Part shown: positions 12,786 through 23,547 of the stretch, piece by piece
How positions within the stretch are numbered: the stretch's first letter is position 1
Layout of the letters: every line of letters begins with the position of its first letter
Assembly: GCA_010015585.1 (NCBI GenBank)
Contig: ML975149.1
From: Eremomyces bilateralis CBS 781.70
Lineage: Eukaryota
Direction: 5' to 3' (one strand)
Length of the DNA: 34,495 nucleotides
Program-made: the position numbers and the translations under genes
Notes under the pieces: generated by a model
Seen by the model: the letters and a program-made list of their open reading frames with translations, nothing else
The model's database searches: none
Told to the model about the DNA's origin: nothing

Positions 12786-13421
12786 TCACGAGCCATCCCG
12801 GCCCATCAGCGCTATTTCCTCCACCACCGACCCATCGCTCGCACGCATCGACCCCTCAGGCGTCGGTGCGGGAGCCGTCGAAATCGCACCATCATCAACC
12901 CCATCGCCACCAATCCCCCGATCGCTCCCACTCCTCTCACTCCCCCGCGTCCGCTTCCCACCGCCACCGTCATCCCCGCTGCCGTGCCGCTTCGCGATGC
13001 GCTGCGATCGGGGGTGACGGAACGAGTGGTGGGGTGTGTAGCGCGGGTTCGACGTTGGCGTAGGCTGAGGATCACCAGGACGGAAGGGGTCCGGCGGGGA
13101 AGAGCGACCGGGCACGGGGTTAGGGCCGGGGAACGGGACGGGTTCGGTGGGGGTGGGGGGAAGCGGGACTGCGGCGGTCGTCGCCGGAGATTGGAAGAGG
13201 GGTCGGAGCGGAAGCCCGCTAGAGATGCGGTTAGCAGCCACTTCCAGGGTTGATGCTAACGGGACGGAGTGGTGTCAGATCGGGGAGGGGACGGTCGCGT
13301 CAGGTCGTTTGTTCGGGGGGGGGGTTCAAGGTACCATATCTCATGCTGCTCGACAATGATACTCAAATTCTTGTGCTTTTCTTTTTGCTCATGCGGTAGT
13401 GTGCTTTTGGTTATGTGTGTG
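12786..13421 (-). CDS. Putative alternative 3' coding exons (13421-13335 and 13218-12786) of the PH-domain gene
   Basis: Donor GC|GTAGGT at 13526 overlaps the stop codon. Acceptor CTACAG| at 13422. 87-nt symmetric exon. Intron 13334-13219 has a GCTAAC branch and TCTCTAG acceptor. All junctions are phase 2 and the frame is open to TGA at 12786. Confidence 0.5.
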
Positions 13422-13522
13422 CTGTAGGTGCTCTTCAATTCAATTCCACTCCATCCGGCTCAGCCAGCTAGCTAGCTCGATCCAGCTCAGCTGCTCATCC
13501 TCCTCGCATCATCAAGGTCTAC

Positions 13523-16102
13523 CTACGCAGTCGCCTGAACCGTCTTCCCCGCTGGCGGCGGATCCGACACGGTCACGCTCTCTGCGGTGACATCGCCAAT
13601 TGCAGCCGGCTTCTCCTCCTTCGTGACTTCCGGCGTCGTGGTCTCAGGCTTGGTCTCCTCAGCTGGCTTGGCGGTTTCCTCGGTCGCGACAGCCTTCTCA
13701 TCGGCGGGCTTGGCCTCCTCAGCGAGCTTGGACGCCTCGCCCTTCTCGGTACTGGAGGTAGGCTTAGCAGCCTTGTCCTTGCCGCCCTTGATAATCTTGC
13801 TAAAGTTGCGGGACAGTCCGGAGAGGCCCTTGGAGACGTGGGACTTGGTCGTCTTCTCCTCCTTCTTCTCCGCAGACTTGGTCTCCTCGGCGGCGGGAGT
13901 CTCAGTGGCAGCAACCACAGGGGTAGCGGTCTCAGCAACGGCCTCAGCGGGTTTGTCAGCCTCAACAGTCTCGGTGGCGGCGGGAGTCTCAGTCTCCGCG
14001 GGCTTGGCGGCTTCCACGGGCTTGACCTCAGCAGGCTTCTTCTCACCGATCTTCTTCACGCTGCCGCCAAGAGAACCGAAGAAGCTTGACCTGCGCTTCT
14101 CAGATTTAGTGGGAGCGACAGGAGCAGCAGTCTCGGTGGTTGGCGAGGTGCCATTAACGGGCTCTTCAACCTTGGTAGGCTCGTCCTTAGCGGGGACGGC
14201 AGGAGCGGCTTCCTCGGCAGGCTTGGGAGTCTCTTCCGTGGCAGCAGGAGCAGGCAAGACGGGAGCAGTCTCGGTGGTGGGAGACTTGGACTTCTCGGAC
14301 TTGTGCTTGAAGATGCCGGAGATGAAGGACGGCTTGCGGTCAGTAGCAGGAGCAGTCGCAGTCGCGGCAGCGGGCTTGTCGGCTTCCTTGACGGGCTCCT
14401 CCGTGGCGGGAGCAACGACGGCAGGAGTCTCGGTCGCGGGGGTTTCGGTCGCGGGCTCAGTGGCAGCAGCCGCGGTTTCCTCTGCCTTGGTCTCCTCCGC
14501 CTTAGCGGCCGGGACAACTTCAGACTCCTTCTTCTCGTGGCTGGGGCTGCGGAGCTTCTGGACGCGCTCCTGGAGGCCGCCAAAGATGGAAGCGCGCTTA
14601 GCGGGCTTGGAAGTCTCAGTCGCTGGGGTAGCGGCTTCCTCCTTGGCCTCCTCCTTGGGAGCTTCGGTAGCTTCGGTGGTAGCCGGAGCATCTGGGATTT
14701 GCGTCAGTTATGCATTCACTAGGTTAATAAGAATCTCGAGGCTACTCACCGACAGCAGGCTCGACAGCAGCCGCGGCCTCAGTGGCAGGAGTCTCCTCTT
14801 CCTTGGTCTCAGTCTTCTTCTCCTCGGCCTTCTTGGCCTCTTCTTCCTTCTTGCTCAGGAAGCCGAACACGCTGCCACGCTTGCCACGGCTGATGGAACG
14901 AGACTTCTTCTCAGCGGCCGGGGCTGGGGTGGTGGTTTCAGCCTCAACCTTGGTTTCGGCGGGCTTGCTTTCGGCCTTGTCCTTGGTGGTAGCCGCGGTG
15001 GCAGGGGCAACTGCAGCGACGGTGTTTGGCTTGCCTGTTGGGAGGATGATATTAGCTTCATGGTAATAATTGAATTATTAATGTTTCGTTGAGTGAACTG
15101 GGGTGAAGCTAGCGCTGCTAAATTCAACGCGGCGTGATGGCCCTTGCAGGAGTGATGCAGGGGCAACGATGTTGCATGGGCTTGTGGGGAAGTCCGCATC
15201 AAAATTTTACTTTTGCACCTGGCAACAGCCGACGTGTAACCGTTTTCGAAAACACCACTCAAAATTGAAATTGGGGCAACATACCGAGCTCAGCAATGCT
15301 CGCCTTGTAGCCTTCGCTGTTGAGGATCTCCTCCTTCTTGGCCTTCGCATCCTCGGATGCGGCCTTCAGCGCCAACAACCATCCGTCACGCTCACGGCTA
15401 TTGATGGCCTCGAGGACGTGCTTCTCGGCCTTCTTCTCGCCATCGAGCTTGAAGGAGAGGTCTTGGATGCCGGATTTCTCGAGGTCAGTGATTTCAGCCT
15501 GTAGAACATTGATATTAGTTTGGTGTCCAGGTTGTTGTGAGGTATAGTCACGTGAACTTACCAGGTTGAACACGTGAGCGGGGGTAGCCTTGAGCTCAGC
15601 GGTCTTGGAGAAGAACAGCAGTCCCTTTCCGGTCTGCGAGGCCCAGGCAGCAGTGGGCTGAGAGATCTTCGGCTCTTCGCCACGAAGATACGAGGCAAGG
15701 CTCTGGGTTGAGACAGCCTCCTCGGTGCCGAGCCAGAAGTACTTCTTCTGAGGAACGAAGTGACTGATCACCAACAGTCAGCACCAATTCCAAATACACG
15801 AAAACATGCTGTCAGAGAAAGGGCCACACTTACGAAATATGGAGACCTGGAGCCTTGTACTTCAACGAACCCTCAGTGATCGGCTCGATGGGCTTAACAG
15901 CAGGCTTCTCCTTCTTCTCAACCGGCTTGGCCTCCTCCACAGCAGTAGCAGCAGGTTCAGCAGCAGGTTCGGCAGCCGTCTCAGCGGGCTTGTCCTCCAC
16001 AACGGGAGCTGCGGGAGTGGTGGTCTCTTCAGGCTTGGTGACCTCGACAACGGCAGCCGGAGCGTCGGCGACGACAGTGGGCTTGGTGGCTTCGGTCGAC
16101 AT
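13523..16102 (-). CDS. Meu6-like pleckstrin-homology (PH_6-type) domain protein with long A/E/K/P/T-rich disordered tail, 5 exons (short isoform)
   Basis: ATG at 16102. Introns 15833-15764, 15561-15499, 15284-15035 and 14749-14692 all keep frame. PH-like segment EGSLKYKAPG..KKYFWLG..AAWASQTGKGLLFFSK..FNLAEI..ERDGWLLALK. Strong codon bias. Family name is from recall. Confidence 0.82.
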
Positions 16103-16537
16103 GGTTGATGATGAGGGTGATTATAAGTTTGTTGGTGTATGGGGTATCTCTGTTTTGCAAATGCAAAAGAAGCAAACAAGAAGTAATCTCGAGGGTTGCG
16201 TGACTAGGTTTTTTGTAAGAGTCCAGGACTTTTTTGGCGAATGAAGCGGGTGAGAAATGACTGGTTTCTTTGCGAAAGAAAAACAACAAGCACACTCAGA
16301 TGAGGTGGGTGTTTGTGTTGAGTTGGTTGGGGGAGAGGAGGGAAGACGAATTCATGCGAATCGTCCGCAACAAACAAACGAGGAGTCAAAAGAGGCAGGA
16401 GAGATGACATACCTAGAAGTAGCGATGGAAGTTGCTACGGTAATTACAAGTCGGTGATGATGACAACGATAATAGTTGCCAAGTCTCACGAAGAATTGGA
16501 AGTCTGGGAAATGAAACGCGAAGCTTCAGAATGAGCT

Positions 16538-16583
16538 GGGTATCTTTGGGGTATCTTGGGGTATCTTTAGGGGTATCTTTAGG
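16538..16583. repeat. Short tandem repeat, about 4 copies of GGGTATCTT(T/TA)
   Basis: gggtatctttggggtatcttggggtatctttaggggtatctttagg, upstream of the PH-domain gene; another GGGGTATCT lies at about 16616. Confidence 0.75.
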
Positions 16584-19500
16584 AGGTAGGCAGCAAGCAA
16601 GTCAGCTAACAGCCTGGGGTATCTCAAGAAGCAAATGACAATGAAGTCGGATGGGGAGTCAAGGGAGACGTTTGGATGGAAGCGGGTGATTATTGTGATG
16701 AGAAGGTGAGAAGGAGGAGAGAAGAGGAAGAGAAGGAAGAAATATGAGAGCGGGAGGTTGAGGATTGGGAGATGGTCGATGCTGTGGTCGGTGCTGTGGT
16801 CGGTGCTGATTGCTGTGGTGCTGTGGAGTGTTGGACACTTGGACTGTGGACTCCCTGGACTGTCTGGACACTTGGACAGGTTGGTGGTGGATGGAGGGAA
16901 AGTGGGAAAGGAGGCGGCGTTGGAGGGTTTTAGCGTCAGCCAAGCTGCAGGGGGGCGCCCGGGGTCGGCCCAGGGTTTAGGGCCTGAGAACCTAAGGGTC
17001 CGCAACGGTGCTGGGGGTCCAGTGACGGTTGTTGGGGCTCTACTTTGCTGGCTGAACGGATGTTGAACAGGAAGTTTGGTGTGGTTGTTAGAGGTTACTT
17101 GTCGACTCTGCGCTCACAGAACTCCGATGAACTCGATGGATTTGATGAGCTGAAGTCCTTTGATGAGGATGATGATAATGATGGTGATGATGCTGAGGTG
17201 ACGGATTGATTGATCGATGGTTGAAATGATGGATCACGAATTCATTATTTTATTGACCATGGCCAGCTAGTCCAGGCGCCAAGCGGACCCTCCTCTCCAC
17301 CCAATGGCGCCAGTTAGTGGGCGCTACTTTAAATGAGCTTCCCGTTCGTCAAAAGCTTCCTGTGGACCAATGATCCATCGGAACTCCAACTTCCCAGTTT
17401 ATTATTCCATCCGACCCATCGCCATTGTGTGCATGCTTTCTCGGCTGATAGATGCTCTAAGTTAGATGAGAAGGTCTATCTTTAATCTTTATGAACTGTT
17501 GGAACGCGAAGAAGGATGAACTCGATCCAGATCTGGCAGTAGCCCTAGGGTGTGGTGATATACAGCCACACGCCAATCCAACGCCCATCAAACGTGATTC
17601 TCTGCCCTCTGCCCTCTACCCTGGAGAGGTATTGGAGAGGTATTCCCTCTCCACTATTTAACAGTCAGCTCCATTAGCCATCCAAGTCCCATCACGCAAA
17701 TCTCCTCCCTCGAGTCCAGTCGATTCCACAGCCCATTTCCAAATCTCCAACATCCAAATATCCCAATGTCCAGTCTCCTGTCCGGTGCAGGGCGGTTGGC
17801 TGTTCAGTTGGCAGCTGCATGCATGAGGTGAGCTGCAGGTGTCGCATGACCTCCCTATCGTGCGGGCCTGCATCTCCACCCCGCCCACCATCCAATCATC
17901 CCGCCCGAAGGTTACGATAGCTAATCCGTGTGTAAGATCAATATTGGTTTCATGGATTGATGGATGATCGCGGATAAGAGAGGAGGAAGTTGGAAGATCA
18001 GATGTCGAGAGGATGGATCAGCACGGGGTCTAAGAAGTCTATCGGAAGTAGCGGTCTGGTCTAGCCTCGAGCATCTATTACGCGACGTTGATCGAAGAAT
18101 TGAAGAGGGTCGATCACGTCGAATGTGGTGATTATCGCATAACGATAAGGTAGTTAGGCAGTAGGCAACAATGTCGCAACTCCCATCAGGTGTATGAACT
18201 ACAAAGTTTATGAACGAAAATTTAACCTTGGGGTTCGACTGCCTTGAAAGATGAAACCTACCTTCATCTATCAGATACGCTATCATGCTATTCTGGTGTC
18301 CGTCATCTGTCATCCGTCATCCGTCATCCGTATCGAGTATTGCCTCGCAATTCGGTTGAGTAGAGACGACCAGGTATGCCCTGTCCTTTAATCCCCGAAT
18401 TGCCCGTGTTCATCCCAGCCCTCTTCTTGCCACCCATTCCGATTGCTCTTAATACGCTGTGAAATAATAAGTCTCGTCATTTTGTCAACAACTGTACCAC
18501 CGCCACCATCACTCCGATAGCAGCTCTCCGTATACGATCCTCGACGTGCAGCCTCATGTTCCTTCCTGGGTAGTAGTACCACCCGAGCGTTCTGCCATGC
18601 CGCCATGCGAGCCCTCCCTCCAATCGTCAACGATGGATCAACGAGCCCCAGCTTCCCCCCAGCACATGGTCAAAGTCCGACGGATGTCGTGACCCGTGAC
18701 ACACAGCGCCTCCGGGATATGAAGACGTTCGAGAATAATAATCGCGCGCGCCAAATGTCCAACATCAAGGAACCTTCCTTATTACCATTGACGATTGCTC
18801 GACACCCCCTTTCCAATTCTTAACTCATCTGAGACCCAACTCCTCTTCCCCCCATCGTCACATCACCGTAGTTCTCCGTTGCCCATTTCCCATCGCTACC
18901 CTCACATCTCATCTCACCCTCCAGCCATCAGACAGCGACCATCACCACCCCAACCGCAACCGCGCCAACTAATAAACGAGCCCACCCCCTCCTAGCCCCG
19001 AACGCTAACCAATTTCCCGCTGTCATGACTTGACCCGCTTCCTGCCGACGACCGGCACGCCACTGGCCAACCCGGGCTCGCTCGGCGGTCCAAGACCGTC
19101 AAAGGCCCATGATCGGCGGAAAACTAGGATGCGTCCGAGGCCGTGTCCGCAATTCATTTGAAGTTTTGAGTTTGGAGGGCCATTTTAAAAAAAATTCGGG
19201 GGCGCTGAATGGGAGAGGGTTCGGTTGGTGGGGGACGAGGTGGCTGGGTCACTGTCGGGGCTTTTTGAACTTCTTGTCGGTACGTGAAGCGCATCATTGG
19301 ATTGGATTAAACGGAAGGGACATATGGATGGATGTTGTGCATCGGAGATGCCTTAATATTTGTCCCACTTCAACATCGCTCGCCGAGGGATGCATAGCCG
19401 CTGTAGTGCAACGGGAAGATTTCAATAGACAATAGTCTAGAATGGACTGAACGGGTGCGAGAGGTAGTCGGTCATCGTTCTACTCTACGTGCAGCCAGAC

Positions 19501-20222
19501 CGTAGCGAACTCAATTGCGATGATGGAGGCTGGGTCAGCCATCTGATCCGTGAATATTCCGTCCATCACAGTCCTATCCGACGAGGACCTGTCAGTACGT
19601 CGCAGCGCCGACCTCCAAACAAGAAATCGTATCACGAACCACAAGCTCAACACATCAATCACTACCCGGAATGTGAATACAAGATGAGACGTGTATCAAC
19701 CCCGCCAGCCGATCCTGTTTCACCCCGTTTCCCACCCGGGTACACGCAGGTCGCAGATGGACCCCTTTTTGCGTCTCTGGTTGACGGATCCAGGGAACCA
19801 GGAACCGGTCGCGGTGGTTGATTTGTGTGTATCGACGACGTGGCAGCCGTGGGATCGGTGACGTGAGTGTAAGAAGCGCAGAAGGAGCTCGGGAAGGGTG
19901 AAAAAATACGGTATCGTATGATATCTGGAAGCCGATAGCGAGAGTGCCGATATGACGATAGGTGCCAGCATGTGGTGCTCATCAACAACAAAATCCGCAT
20001 CCGATGGATCACTGTGCAGACCCGGATTCCATCATCGATATCAGCTCCACGCCGCGACACGTCTGGTCACACAAGGCAGTGGGGATATTCGAGCCGGAGT
20101 TTGAGGTGCCTTGCTCGGCACGATCTTTACAACGTTTATCATAAGTTAATAGATTTAAGTTTCTTATTCAACTGGACGGCCGGGATCGTTCCGAATGAGT
20201 GTACTTTTTAGCCACGAGGGGT

Positions 20223-20237
20223 CCGGAAACGTTCCGG
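20223..20237. promoter_or_regulatory. Palindromic CGG-containing element, candidate Zn2Cys6 binding site
   Basis: CCGGAA-ACG-TTCCGG (contains CGG-N7-CCG), about 200 bp upstream of the P450 ATG. Zn2Cys6 factors are known to bind CGG triplet pairs. Confidence 0.3.
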
Positions 20238-20437
20238 TGTCAACTCGGGGTTCGTAATGTTGAAGAAGAGCAACACAATAACGCACTACGACAGGACTAC
20301 CCATTTCCAGCTATGATCTTAAGAGTCGATGTTTTTTCTTCCTGAAAGCGTTCTTAGTTTCGATTGTGCGTTTTGAGGGAAGCTTTTCAGCTCGGAGTCA
20401 CTGTCTTTCTGTATCAAGTCACCACTTAATAATAGTC

Positions 20438-22113
20438 ATGGCCATCCATAGTGAGCTACTTGTACTCGCAAGTGAGCATCCCGCCAAAGCTATCGTGAGT
20501 CTGTTGCTAGCTGCGGTGACTTTATCTCTTCTAGTCATCAAGAAAATCTTCCAACCCATCGGGAAGCGAAGTTCGAAAGCTCGACTACCACCAGGGCCAC
20601 CAGGAGTCTTCCTCCTAGGCAGTCTACTAGACTTCAAGAACAACAGATATGATCCAGAACACAAATATGTACTCTTTGCTCCAACCGCACGACCAACCCA
20701 TCGTTAATCCTCCACAGCTAAAATCCCTTACCCAATATGGCGAAATGACCACCATCCATCTCGGCTCCAAAACCTGGATCCTCCTCAACTCCCCGCGCGT
20801 CGTCTCTGAAATCATCGCCAAGCGTGGCACCCTCACCAACGGCCGCTCCCCGATGCCCATCGCCTCCGGCATCGTCAGCCGCTCCCGCCGCTCCCTCTTG
20901 CTCCCGCCGTCCAGCTGGACCGAGCCCCGTCGTGTCATGCACCACCTCCTCAGCGGCGCCGCGCTGACACAGTACGGTGCCTGGCAGGAGCTGGAGAGCG
21001 CGCAGATGATGGCCGAGTATCTGCGGCAGCCGGGACGCTGGTTCAGGCACCATTATCGGTACGCGAACTCGGTGGTGCATCGCATCGCGCTAGGGGAGCG
21101 GCTGATGAAGTCGGGGAAGGAGCTGGAAGACCTGCAGGACGTGGTCACGAAGTTCGTTGGGAGCATCGGGATGAGCTTGGTGGACTGGTTTCCCGACCTG
21201 GATCACCTACCGCGGTTTCTGCAGGTCTGGCGACCCTATTGGGAGCGCCTGGACCGGTGGAACTACGACATCTACCGATCATGGTGGCTCCCCGTGAAGG
21301 AGCAGATCGTCAACGGCACCGCGCCGCCCTCGTTCGTCCGCGATGTGCTCCTGGCCGAGAGCACTAAGTATACCGGAAACGATCAGGACGCCATGTACGT
21401 CGCCATGCAGCTCATCGAAGCCGGCAGCGACACCACCCGCGAGGCGCTCAACGTCTTCGTCATGGCATCCCTCTGCCACCCGGACGCCTTCCGCCAAGCG
21501 CGGCTCGAAGTCGACCGGGTCTGCGGATCCAACGCCGAGCGGCTGCCCGGGCTCGCCGACATGGATGCCCTTCCGTACATCTGCGCCATGATCAAAGAGG
21601 TGCTACGTTGGCGGCCGATATTCCCGCTGACCCCCGACCACACGGCGACGGCGGATTTCGACTTCGAGGGGTACCACTTCCCCGCGGGCGTGGGCTTCGT
21701 CATTAATGGAATCCCGGTCTGCAACGCCTGTGAGGATCCGGATGAATTTCGGCCGGAGCGGTGGCTAGATGGACATGAGATGGATGCGGCTCACGGGTTG
21801 TGGCAGTTTGGTGGAGGGCGGCGAATTTGTGTGGGGTATCGGCTTGCGCAGAGGGGGTTGTTCATCAATATGGCACGGTTGGTTTACTGCTTCGACTATG
21901 CTCCGGTATGTGCTCGGTGGCCGTGACGGAACGTCCCGCTACAGGAGATCGACTCACTGACTGGGATAGGATGGCGATATCAACCCGATTATACTCAATC
22001 ATCATAGAATCGATGAACCCTTTCCGGTGAAGGTTACCGTTCGGAGTCCAAAGCATGAGAAGTTGGTTTTGGATGAGGCGAAGAGGCTAGATGTCCTGCA
22101 GTTTGCGGAGTAG
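20438..22113 (+). CDS. Cytochrome P450 monooxygenase, 3 exons
   Basis: N-terminal membrane anchor plus LPPGPPG hinge. Introns 20669-20717 and 21906-21969. I-helix EAGSDTT, K-helix EVLR, FRPERW and heme motif FGGGRRICVG. Stop TAG at 22111-22113. Confidence 0.95.
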
Positions 22114-22869
22114 GGGATTTGATGACGATGCACTCTCAGACCGCTGTTCAGTCATCAAGTGTAAGTAGCATTATCTAGATACCCCGTTGAGGGATACCAT
22201 GCTTTCAATGACGGCATGGATCTGACAGGGAGAGAAGATGGTTAGGACGTGAGGATGATCGCTATGGTGAGGCATGGGTGGAGTAACAGGTCGTGGAGTT
22301 GGGAGAGTGTGGAACCGCGGATGATGTTGAGTAGGAGTTTGTATGAGACTGCGAGGAGAGTGAGTCCCTGTCCGCTGTGCGCCGTGTGGAGCAAACTGGA
22401 AAATCTCAAAATCTTAAATCTTAGTTGCTAACGGTGCTCTTGACTCTCATACAATGCATCTAGCTAGTTCGGAACATGGTGTCGAGCTTGTATTGTTCAT
22501 GGAGGCTTCCGGAGGATAGGGGGAATCCTAATGTCTCTCACCGGAATCATCCCGCGTGTACTAACACAACCCCAAGAATGGCTATTCTATGATACTGAAC
22601 ACGGAAAACTTATCACCGGAGCAAGCTTAATTTTACATGATGGGTATCGCATTCGATGGCACGCTTGTTTCGTTCGTTGCATATTGTCCCCATTCGGGAT
22701 ATTAATCCATTTTCACCCCGTCACCGAAAATATTCCACCACAACCCCACTCAGTTGGAATAGAAATGCGGTTATTCCTATATGAAATGATCGAAACAAGA
22801 GTCAAAATTATGTTCTGAGCCTCAGTCCTTGCATCAATCATTACGTCGGTACCGTCAAGTCCTAAACCT

Positions 22870-22920
22870 TGAAAGTCCGGGTCGATCCCAGTAGAGTTCG
22901 TGAAAGTTCGGGCCGATCCC
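22870..22920. repeat. 20-bp direct repeat TGAAAGTYCGGGYCGATCCC, two copies
   Basis: Copies at 22870-22889 and 22901-22920 with 2 mismatches, upstream of the BVMO relic. Confidence 0.7.
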
Positions 22921-23131
22921 GCGGATATGGAAGCGGAATCAGTGGAATTCGAGAACGCCTCAAAAAGGAAGATAGACTTCAGAGGCAGCTCAGCTCCTAA
23001 CGAACTTGCGATGCAGCTGTTTGACTACAGTTAGTACTCCAGAAGTCGCATAAGTAGGAGTACCGAGGACCAAGCTGGGAAACCCAACGGTGACCCCAGC
23101 TATGCTCTTCTTATAGAACTATCACTCACCA

Positions 23132-23528
23132 TGTACATGGCAAGGGGAAACCTCGAGACGGCGCATCCTCGCGGGTGACCTGAACACTGGCGAGCGGCTG
23201 GTCCACGAGTGCCAGGTTCTCTTCTTAGCAGCAGACCAGCTGGTGCATCCCAGCGAGCTCGATAGTCCGGGTGTCGAACGCTTCAAAGGCCCATCTTCCG
23301 CTCCGCCCCTTGGGATACCAGCATCGCCCTGTGAGGGAAAGATGTCGTCGTCTCGGTAACGGCTGCACCGCCACGGAAATCGTGCCGGCAATCATCAACG
23401 AGACGCAAAGTTGGGCGCAGATCGTCCTGTCGAAGCATCGGATCTTCGCTCTGACCGAAGTCTCTTACCCTAACTGGACGCGGCGGCTGTTGAAACACGC
23501 TCCACTGACGCTTTGGCTGTTAGTCTAA
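23132..23528 (+). pseudogene. Fragment of a Baeyer-Villiger/flavin-containing monooxygenase, frameshifted and truncated
   Basis: Stitching three frames gives CTWQGETSRRRILAGDLNTGERLVHECQVLFLAADQLVHPSELDSPGVERFKGP/IFRSAPWDTSIAL*GKDVVV/LGNGCTATEIVPAIINETQSWAQIVLSKHRIF. This is a degenerate FxGxxxHxxxW(P/D) fingerprint followed by the NADPH-binding GxGxxA motif, with two frameshifts and one stop. Confidence 0.8.
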
Positions 23529-23547
23529 GGTAGGTAGATGATATCCG

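Noticed and set aside
12633..13253. 206-aa plus-strand ORF
   Set aside because: Arg/Pro-rich antisense of the minus-strand exon; splice signals and UTR composition favour the minus strand.
13587..15092. 501-aa plus-strand ORF
   Set aside because: Antisense shadow of the codon-biased, low-complexity PH-protein tail; S/A/G/V/L composition with no domain features.
16526..20211. Numerous 60-160-aa ORFs upstream of the PH gene
   Set aside because: Low-complexity, derived from simple repeats, overlapping on both strands, with no domain signal.
22230..22410. Possible pseudogene after the P450 (GAG/GAT-rich frame with several stops)
   Set aside because: Too short and no identifiable family motif.
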